From Oligoflexales bacterium (lineage in GTDB: Bacteria > Bdellovibrionota_B > Oligoflexia > Oligoflexales > CAIYRB01), in NCBI GenBank assembly GCA_041736175.1, contig JBGSUI010000177.1, positions 1 through 14,511 on the forward strand: a DNA stretch of 14,511 nucleotides, written 5' to 3'. The notes beneath the pieces are model-generated. The model was not told the DNA's origin and made no database searches. It saw nothing but the letters and a program-made list of their open reading frames with translations. Below are positions 8,440 through 14,511 of this stretch, one piece after another (within the stretch, counting starts at the first letter, position 1; each line of letters starts with the position of its first letter). The position numbers and the translations under genes were made by a program.

Positions 8440-9290
8440 GTTTTTCCCCCTGTACCTACGCCCGAAATCGGCGTGAAATTGATCAAGACTTGGTAGAGGC
8501 CTTCATTGTCGTCAGGTCGATCTTCTGCAAATTGCAGGAGGCGCTCGTAAAATTCCTTCAACAGCTGGCGAAGCTCGGCAACACTGTCAGGGTTGAGATG
8601 CATAATAAGCGCCGCCTCCTGTCGACTACTGACAGGAAGCAGGTCAAGATTCCGGTGCGCAATCTTCAACGCTTGCCGATGAAATGCCCGGACTTTATGG
8701 TTTGGTACTCCATCAGAACTCGTAACGAGCACCTCGTTTTGAACGATCTTGCCGTCAAGTGTTCTACGCAGAAATCCTTCGCGCAAAAGAAAATTCAGCG
8801 AACGTTGGATCCTCTGGGGTGAGGCAATCCCGCCAAGAGCGTGGAAGAGTTGGGTGGCATCAGGACTAAATCCCTTGAGCTTCACAGCGTCTCGCACATA
8901 AACATTAAGCCAATCTTGTAAAAGGTGATTCTGCGCATTGCGTTTCCGCCCTGGCCTCACCTCTATAGACTGGTCCTTGACCGTGGCGCCGACTCCCTGG
9001 ATCTTCGTCCGATCGCTCTTGACCCAACGATCGAAGTAAACCCGCTCATCACCCTTTAAGCGCAGTAGACGGGCCAACGGCTCCACAAGGTCACGCGTCA
9101 GCCGACGCTTACCCGATGCAAGACGGGACACCTGGGTATGAGAGATGCCACCGCAGCGGGCAACCTCGCTCCGAATCGAAAACTCTGGCGTAGCCTCTCG
9201 ATGCCAGACCAGCATCACAGACAGGTACTCTGCGATGCTGGTATGTTCAAAGATAACCGGTCTATCCGGTATTTGAGTTGGCTCAGACAT
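8436..9290 (-). CDS. TIGR02147 family (DUF4423) HTH-containing protein
   Basis: IFEH...EYL...FSIRS...SGKRRLT N-terminal HTH, DW(L)N...RD, LLREGFL, VRAFHRQAL, and C-terminal LYQVLINFTP. Confidence 0.9.
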   Translation of the reverse strand: MSEPTQIPDRPVIFEHTSIAEYLSVMLVWHREATPEFSIRSEVARCGGISHTQVSRLASGKRRLTRDLVEPLARLLRLKGDERVYFDRWVKSDRTKIQGVGATVKDQSIEVRPGRKRNAQNHLLQDWLNVYVRDAVKLKGFSPDATQLFHALGGIASPQRIQRSLNFLLREGFLRRTLDGKIVQNEVLVTSSDGVPNHKVRAFHRQALKIAHRNLDLLPVSSRQEAALIMHLNPDSVAELRQLLKEFYERLLQFAEDRPDDNEGLYQVLINFTPISGVGTGGKT

Positions 9291-9292
9291 TG

Positions 9293-9844
9293 TTATTCAA
9301 AAGTTCCTAAGTATTCGCATTCCGCGTGAGCACGAGACCAAGGTTTAATGTTTTCGATGGGCATATCGAAAGGACGCAAATCCTGTGATCGGAATAACGG
9401 AGTCCCAGAGCTTGAAAGGGATGTTTTGCCGTGATGATAGGTCGGGTCGTAAGGTTGGGTATCTGGGAGTGAACTAAAACAATAAAAGACCGCATCACCA
9501 TCGTTTGGTCTTAGGATGGCTCCACCAAAACAAGGTGCCTGAGATGCTCGTGCCGCGGATACCGAATGAAAAAGCTTATAGCTCAGTAAATACGATACTT
9601 TCACATCAGAAGCTTCAAGGGTGATCGTCGCGTTCCCACTTGCGGCTGAAACGCCAGGTACCCAATTTGGGTCGGCAGCTTCTGGAACCCGCACGACGGC
9701 AAGCTCGCTTACAGATTTAGGCCCCGGGACGTCCCCTGGTTCGAAAAGTTGAATACTGCACTTGAACTTGTCTGCCACAATAGCGAAGGCTGGTGACTGG
9801 ATAAGCAAGGTTCCTGCAATGCTGCCGACAATCCAAAGCTTCAT
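9293..9844 (-). CDS. Hypothetical secreted protein
   Basis: GAGGAG RBS before ATG 9844; signal peptide MKLWIV...PAFA; four Cys; ends 2 nt before the next gene. Confidence 0.8.
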   Translation of the reverse strand: MKLWIVGSIAGTLLIQSPAFAIVADKFKCSIQLFEPGDVPGPKSVSELAVVRVPEAADPNWVPGVSAASGNATITLEASDVKVSYLLSYKLFHSVSAARASQAPCFGGAILRPNDGDAVFYCFSSLPDTQPYDPTYHHGKTSLSSSGTPLFRSQDLRPFDMPIENIKPWSRAHAECEYLGTFE

Positions 9845-9887
9845 AGGTTGCTCCTCAAAAAAAATGGTGCCTGGTTTGAAAACATCT

Positions 9888-9901
9888 GTTGTGGCCACAA
9901 C
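9888..9901. promoter_or_regulatory. Perfect 14-bp palindrome upstream of the secreted/TIGR02147 operon
   Basis: GTTGTGGCCACAAC. Confidence 0.5.
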
Positions 9902-9964
9902 GCTCTATAGATTTTAATTTAGCACGGGATCTGACTGAAATACAAAGTAAAAGAAGGTATATAC

Positions 9965-9980
9965 GGTGCCATTTGGCACC
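9965..9980. promoter_or_regulatory. Inverted repeat, candidate operator
   Basis: GGTGCCA-tt-TGGCACC, perfect 7-bp arms. Confidence 0.5.
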
Positions 9981-10061
9981 ACAAGAGGACGATCAGACTC
10001 GGAGCTTCATCTCAAAAGGATGCGTGTCGCCCTTGCTGAAGGTGTAGCGCGCTGAGTCCTA

Positions 10062-10496
10062 TCAAGCCTTGATAGGGTCTACAATGAGGCCATTAAATTC
10101 AAAACGGCTATCTTTTCTCGATAGAGAATGAATTAACTCGTTATCAAGTGTCAGAAGGGTGCCCTGCAACTCGTGAGTCAGAGCCAAATAAAGGGCATCT
10201 GCAGACCTAAGCCTTGCCGACTTAATGATTGTTGAGGCAGTTGCCATAATTTGAGGATTTAAGGGATGCAGGGTGAACTTGGGACCAGTATTAATGAACG
10301 ACTCTTGCTCACTGATGCTTTCCAAATCCACCTGGCGACGGGCAAATGCTGATAGGACCTCTAGGGTAAAAATCTGCGGAACATGAAATGCCTCTCGCTC
10401 AGGGCAAAGGGACCATAGTTTTTTAGCGGTCTCATGTCGCGATTCTGTAGGTGAATAAAACGAGATATATACCGAAGCATCAAGAATAAATTTCAA
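10062..10496 (-). CDS. vapC: Type II TA toxin, VapC/PIN domain ribonuclease
   Basis: MKFILDAS, TLEVLSA, RSADALY and LLTLD supply the four acidic PIN residues; TTG start overlaps the antitoxin stop (TTGA). Confidence 0.92.
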   Translation of the reverse strand: MKFILDASVYISFYSPTESRHETAKKLWSLCPEREAFHVPQIFTLEVLSAFARRQVDLESISEQESFINTGPKFTLHPLNPQIMATASTIIKSARLRSADALYLALTHELQGTLLTLDNELIHSLSRKDSRFEFNGLIVDPIKA

Positions 10497-10747
10497 CGGC
10501 GGCCTTCCTGTATTAGTTCTACGGCTGAGAAAGGTTCTTGCTTCGAGAGTTTTGAACGGAAACCCTCCACAAAGGATTTAACCATGACGACTTCCGCATC
10601 AGTCAGTTGCCGATCAACATTGTTGATAGCTTTGAGTTCCGCTGTAGGTACGGAATCTACTGTAATAACGATGACTTCCCCCTTGGATTTCGAAATCCTG
10701 ATAAATTCCGATAATTTAGACTTAACTTCCGATAGGCTTGCAATCAT
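10493..10747 (-). CDS. Type II TA antitoxin, Phd/YefM family
   Basis: SLSEVKSKLSEFIR...GEVIVIT...PTAEL Phd fold; C-terminal SAVELIQEGRR typical of VapC partners; GAGGT RBS before ATG 10747. Confidence 0.9.
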   Translation of the reverse strand: MIASLSEVKSKLSEFIRISKSKGEVIVITVDSVPTAELKAINNVDRQLTDAEVVMVKSFVEGFRSKLSKQEPFSAVELIQEGRR

Positions 10748-10814
10748 ATAAACCTCGTTGGGGAACATCCCCGTATTCTACTTATCGGACAATAACACAA
10801 AAAAATTAGTCTTT

Positions 10815-10850
10815 ATAGTCACAATAGTCTTATGAGCCTATTGTGACTAT
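10815..10850. promoter_or_regulatory. 13-bp perfect inverted repeat, probable Phd-VapC autoregulatory operator
   Basis: ATAGTCACAATAG-(10 nt)-CTATTGTGACTAT, about 70-100 nt upstream of the antitoxin start. Confidence 0.7.
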
Positions 10851-10860
10851 GCTTTTGATG

Positions 10861-10877
10861 TTGAACAGATGTTCGCC
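10861..10877. repeat. Repeat B, 17-mer with palindromic core GAACA-ga-TGTTC
   Basis: TTGAACAGATGTTCGCC, identical to 13934-13950. Confidence 0.85.
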
Positions 10878-11166
10878 GCAATCCCATCTCTTGTTCACCC
10901 CCCCTCTCTCAAAGAATTCCTGGAGAAAATCACGGAACTGATCCCCCCTTTCGATCCCCCCACCCCGCCAGCATCAAATTAGCCTAAGATTCCATTGCCT
11001 ACGATCAGGGGGAGAGGCATGAAATCAGGCATGTTCACCTGAGTAAGCTTTAGACAGGGGTTGGAACGACCTTAAAAAGACCACTTTGATCTGGATTGGG
11101 GTTCAAGGAATAGAGCTCCACCAGACATTGCTTCCCAAAAAAAGGTGATTGATTTACCTATAGACT

Positions 11167-12438
11167 TCAGACAGGCTCTATAGGTAGTCCCTGCAGCCTG
11201 AGGCTTTTTGCGCGTTCTCCAATCAAGGAACTTATCCTCAAAGGGATTTTAGCATTGGTAAATTCGGAGCAGATTTGCATTGCTAATGTATCTTTGTTGT
11301 CCATAACTTTCCGATAAATCACTTTAAATCTATTGAGAAAAATTCCTTCCTTGATACCTAGGTCACGTTCAAATTGAACGATATTTTTTGGTGCTAAGAG
11401 GGTGCCATCTTTTTGGCTACCGATCTCAAAAGAGAAACTCCGTTTTAGTTTTGGGTAAATTGCCGTACAAACCAAGTCATAGAGGGGTGCTATTTCTAAA
11501 CTCTGCTGCTTTAGAAGAAGAGAAATATTTTTGGAGTGACTATCGTTGTTGCCAATAAGCAAGTTAAATGCCACCCAATCTAATAGTATTTGGATACTTT
11601 CAAGTCGTTTTTGCACTGGTATGTATTTGAGAATCATCTCATAGTTTTGTTTGATCGATGGACCTCCCTTTTCCTCATATTTATATTCACTTGTAAGTCC
11701 ATGAGCCTGGCAAAAATCTTGCTGGTGGATGCGATGCATGTTTCCTTGCTGGTCCCTAAATCGATCGTATCTTTCGACCAAAAATAGGGGAAAGCTTCCA
11801 GGAATGACCTGGCAATGGGGAACTTCGAGCCCCACGCGACGCGCAAGCTCCATGCAATAGTACTCGTTAAAGACTGACTCTTTGATACCCGAATGCTGAA
11901 TAGGTACTTTAACGATGTGAGTTGTCGGTGCCCCTTGAGTTGGTAAAAAAAACTTGCTGTCGTAAAAGATTATGGGGAATTTATCCTGCGCCCCAGCCAA
12001 GGAAAGGTAACCAGGATTATAATCAGCAATTGTATCAGCCACAGATGCTTTATCTTCGATTGATTTATAGATGATTTTCATATCAATCTGAAGCATTTTA
12101 TGCGGATCAATTGATATGGCATCATTTGGATCTTCGCTGAGATAGATTGCACCGGCACAGTCTTTACCATATTTTGCAAGGAAATCAAAAACACCTGAAA
12201 TGTTGTGATGTCGCTCAATACTTTCTTTGACCCCGCCTTCAGGAAGCAAATTTTCGAAGAAAGAAAGGGTTATTTTATTTCCAAATTTTTTGGGGGCAAG
12301 CGGCATAGCGAGGCTAAGAGCAAAGGACCTTGGATTTGTAATCCATCGGTCCGAATATTCAAAACTAAAGACGAGATCGTCGTCTCGGTAAAGTTGGCCA
12401 ACAATTTCATTTTCAAAAAAGACGTAAAGACTCTTCAT
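11167..12438 (-). CDS. hipA: Type II TA toxin HipA (Ser/Thr kinase)
   Basis: N-terminal couple_hipA domain (FSFEYS...LSLAMPL...FFENLLPEG), SLAGAQDK P-loop, THIVK, NEYYCM, VERYDR, HQQDFCQA, GNNDSHSKN, APLYD. Confidence 0.96.
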   Translation of the reverse strand: MKSLYVFFENEIVGQLYRDDDLVFSFEYSDRWITNPRSFALSLAMPLAPKKFGNKITLSFFENLLPEGGVKESIERHHNISGVFDFLAKYGKDCAGAIYLSEDPNDAISIDPHKMLQIDMKIIYKSIEDKASVADTIADYNPGYLSLAGAQDKFPIIFYDSKFFLPTQGAPTTHIVKVPIQHSGIKESVFNEYYCMELARRVGLEVPHCQVIPGSFPLFLVERYDRFRDQQGNMHRIHQQDFCQAHGLTSEYKYEEKGGPSIKQNYEMILKYIPVQKRLESIQILLDWVAFNLLIGNNDSHSKNISLLLKQQSLEIAPLYDLVCTAIYPKLKRSFSFEIGSQKDGTLLAPKNIVQFERDLGIKEGIFLNRFKVIYRKVMDNKDTLAMQICSEFTNAKIPLRISSLIGERAKSLRLQGLPIEPV

Positions 12439-12656
12439 GAGTCCATCTCAAGAACAATCTTAAACCCCAGCAGTTTAGACATTTTGAGGAGAGTGGAAAT
12501 CTTAACATCGGAATCAGCAACTTCAATTCGACTTATACCATTGTGGGAGAGGTCACAGAAATCGGCCAGCTCTTTTTGAGTCATATTGAGTTGCTTTCGA
12601 CGGTTTTTAAGAGTCGTCGCAAGGATAGCGGGACTCGTGATCACTGCATTTTTCAA
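12435..12656 (-). CDS. hipB: HipB-like XRE/HTH antitoxin
   Basis: LKNRRKQLNMTQKELA...ISRIE HTH; AGGAG RBS before TTG; ATGA overlap with hipA. Confidence 0.92.
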   Translation of the reverse strand: MKNAVITSPAILATTLKNRRKQLNMTQKELADFCDLSHNGISRIEVADSDVKISTLLKMSKLLGFKIVLEMDS

Positions 12657-12678
12657 GGATTCTCCTAAGGTCCATTTT

Positions 12679-12795
12679 TTCGCACCACAATGAGAATATC
12701 AGGAACGTTTCTTGAATTAAAGGGGAAATTCACACTGTAGTGAGAATCTTGGCCGCTCTAGGCTTTAGCACCCAAATTTCTCACTGGAGAGAGAA
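12679..12795. promoter_or_regulatory. Three 18-bp palindromic operators (consensus TTCTCAC-N4-GTGAGAA) upstream of hipBA
   Basis: 12679 TTCGCACcacaATGAGAA; 12729 TTCACACtgtaGTGAGAA; 12778 TTCTCACtggaGAGAGAA; spacing 50 and 49 bp. Confidence 0.85.
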
Positions 12796-13066
12796 TCTGC
12801 GTTATTCTTCAAACTCGTCTTCGGGATCGCCTCACTGGCTTTTTACCAATTAAAAAAACTTCCGACTCGAGTAATAAAGTTTGTAACTGCATGAAATCGG
12901 TAGTGAATACAGGTGGCGGCGACCAAGTGTACATGACCGGCAGCATTCTCTACATCGCCAAGACTGGCCGCGTCTGGACGCCTTTCGATGCCAAAGGGAC
13001 TGTTCCGATGACGGATGCGTTGCGCATCACCCAGGTTTGCCTTTCATACTCAGCCTCCTGGCCCAC

Positions 13067-13183
13067 TAGTATTGCAAGACTCTTGCCAAAGAATGGGTGA
13101 TTTGATACCAAAGCCATCAGAGCAAACTGCCTCTAACCGACTGGTTTGATTTAACCATTTTTTCCATAAGGCAAATCATCAAT
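13067..13183. repeat. Repeat A' (copy of 7102-7262 with an internal ~43-nt deletion)
   Basis: Direct orientation; the deletion joins the CAT at 7191-7193 to the CAT at 7234-7236. Confidence 0.9.
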
Positions 13184-13937
13184 GAAGGTCCCCAAAAAAC
13201 CTATTGTTCATACGATGACCGGTGAGCGCTACCAACTCGCTAGAGTCCACTACAAAGTCCATAACCGAAACACGATTGTCCGCACCTTCCGTTCCTTAAG
13301 GTGCATGGATTTCCAGGTGCCGCGCCAACGATGGATTTGGAACTATTGCAAGGAGGCCGCAGATATCGGTCTGGAGGTTGCCTGGAATGACGTCCCCCTC
13401 GATCATATTCCAGTCATTCTTGGTGCCTTTTTCTTCAAAAACGATCACGAAGGTTTCTTCAACTTCAATTCTTTCCAGCGGGCAACAAAGGGGATTTCTT
13501 TCTTCGCCGAGCGGTTACCTCGTTCCGTTTTAGAGGTAACGGATATGGAGGTTTACAACAAATTGTTCGATGGACCCGTTGAACACGCCACAGTTCATGC
13601 GGAGGTTTTTGACCGGAATCCGAGTCCAAAGAGCAATAATGTAGCCTGGGAGGAGCGGGTAGCTCTGATCGAGTCATCTGGCTTGCAAAACGAGGAGAAA
13701 TACAAGCGCCTTATAGAAGACTCCGAACGCCATGCAAAGAAACCCTTAGCGTTAATCGAACGTTTTCAGACCAACTTTTATACTGACGGTATAGAGGTTC
13801 TGGAAACAGGCTTGCGTTTTCGCGAGATGATCGCAACAAAGCATTGGATGGGCAATAAGGACTTTTCCTTCTGGGATATGGTGCAGGACGTCCTGAAACA
13901 GAACCCGAAGATAGTCGACTCAATGCATCCGTCTTGA
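13182..13937 (+). CDS. Hypothetical protein (251 aa)
   Basis: Long ORF with globular-protein composition and a TAAGG RBS; no motif that I can assign to a function. Confidence 0.8.
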   Translation: MKVPKKPIVHTMTGERYQLARVHYKVHNRNTIVRTFRSLRCMDFQVPRQRWIWNYCKEAADIGLEVAWNDVPLDHIPVILGAFFFKNDHEGFFNFNSFQRATKGISFFAERLPRSVLEVTDMEVYNKLFDGPVEHATVHAEVFDRNPSPKSNNVAWEERVALIESSGLQNEEKYKRLIEDSERHAKKPLALIERFQTNFYTDGIEVLETGLRFREMIATKHWMGNKDFSFWDMVQDVLKQNPKIVDSMHPS

Positions 13938-13950
13938 ACAGATGTTCGCC
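13934..13950. repeat. Repeat B' (identical to 10861-10877)
   Basis: TTGAACAGATGTTCGCC; contains the TGA stop of the 13182 ORF and shares GCC with the hipA copy that follows. Confidence 0.85.
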
Positions 13951-14139
13951 CCTTGAGTTGGTAAAAAAAACTTGCTGTCGTAAAAGATTATGGGGAATTT
14001 ATCCTGCGCCCCAGCTAAGGAAAGGTAACCAGTATTATAATCAGCAATTGTATCAGCCACAGATGCTTTATCTTCGATTGATTTATAGATGATTTTCATA
14101 TCAATCTGAAGCATTTTATGCGGATCAATTGATATGGCA
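13948..14139 (-). pseudogene. hipA: 192-bp internal fragment of hipA (duplicate of 11930-12121)
   Basis: 190/192 identical by manual comparison (differences at 11998 C/14016 T and 12015 G/14033 T); encodes AISIDPHK...SLAGAQDK...PTQGA. Confidence 0.95.
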
Positions 14140-14266
14140 CTTCGAGGGACGTTTTTAAAAAGGACAGCAGACTCCGAGCGAAATGGACTTTTACAAACCA
14201 TGGTATAACTTTTTTCAACAAGGTCTCGACGCCCCAAAGCGTCCTTAATGAGCGAGAAAAACAACG

Positions 14267-14511
14267 ATGATATCAAGTGAAGCCCTCTCCAAAATACTTG
14301 CGCTCCCAAAAAATTGCGATGACTCCGAAACAAGCTCTGACGTCCGCGTGCTCCTGCGCCGGCAGTTTCAAAAAGCTGTCCTGCTCCATCAAAAGGAGCA
14401 CGATATGGTGCTTGATTCAATGAGGGTACTCTATCAGCTTGACCGACAAAATGCAGCCGGAAATCTCGGGCTCACCCGTGATCAATATATCGAAGCACTG
14501 GGACTTTCGCC
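14267..14511 (+). CDS. 5' part of a gene running off the window; possibly the N-terminus of a DUF222-like/HNH endonuclease-type protein
   Basis: Open frame MISSEALSKILALPKN...VLYQLDRQNAAGNLGLTRDQYIEALGLS to the window edge. The helical 'QY..ALGLS' pattern recalls that family; the HNH part is not visible. Confidence 0.5.
   Translation, partial: MISSEALSKILALPKNCDDSETSSDVRVLLRRQFQKAVLLHQKEHDMVLDSMRVLYQLDRQNAAGNLGLTRDQYIEALGLS

Noticed and set aside
9965..9980. Sigma54 promoter (TGGCAC)
   Set aside because: No TTGC -12 element at the required spacing on either strand.
10878..11160. C-run-rich spacer between vapBC and hipA with short ORFs
   Set aside because: No convincing ORF, hairpin or RNA family could be supported.
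12679..12840. Mini CRISPR-like array (periodic repeats)
   Set aside because: Repeats are 18-bp degenerate palindromes directly upstream of hipB, and no cas genes are present; operators are the simpler reading.
12891..13100. 69-aa ORF upstream of repeat A'
   Set aside because: No recognisable motif or RBS, and its 3' end is supplied by the repeat; at most a gene remnant.
308..13923. Numerous short ORFs in the track overlapping the called genes (e.g. 944-1354, 2138-2479, 5369-5839, 8367-8822, 12205-12579)
   Set aside because: Antisense or alternate-frame shadows of well-supported CDSs.
6900..13950. Integron cassette array (TA genes plus hypothetical genes)
   Set aside because: No RYYYAAC...GTTRRRY attC structures seen after the genes, orientations are mixed, and there is no intI.
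11930..14139. DGR template/variable repeat pair (both differences have A in the copy on the coding strand)
   Set aside because: Only two substitutions in an A-rich 192-mer, one of them synonymous; no reverse transcriptase in the window; the target is the middle of a kinase rather than a C-terminal ligand-binding fold. A deletion relic explains it better.
13920..14420. 166-aa minus-strand ORF containing HipA sequence
   Set aside because: Chimeric by-product: only 64 codons derive from the hipA duplicate, and much of the remainder is antisense to the more plausible + strand ORF at 14267; weak TTG start.

Overview
Bacterial chromosomal window, probably from Bdellovibrionota/Oligoflexia (inferred from gene content: a TIGR02147 protein, a SCE4755-type LPMO-like protein and a secreted protein with the GxGxGGD motif). 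The left ~6 kb looks like core genome: sthA transhydrogenase, a candidate ~100-nt sRNA, a translationally coupled minus-strand operon (pentapeptide-repeat protein, His-brace LPMO-like protein, FN3-like lipoprotein), a membrane PP2C/SpoIIE phosphatase and a SAM methyltransferase. The right ~8.4 kb is a mosaic accessory region: two apparently orphan antitoxins (BrnA/CopG-like and DUF433), a secreted-protein/TIGR02147/HExxH operon, an intact Phd-VapC pair, and an intact HipBA pair with three 18-bp operators about 50 bp apart. The most unusual structure is a duplicated skeleton. Repeat A (7102-7262), 17-mer B (10861-10877) and hipA segment C (11930-12121) recur in the same order and orientation as A' (13067-13183), B' (13934-13950) and C' (13948-14139). 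A 251-aa ORF sits exactly between A' and B', with its start codon overlapping the end of A' and its stop codon inside B'. No integrase, transposase, reverse transcriptase, CRISPR array, tRNA or rRNA was seen.
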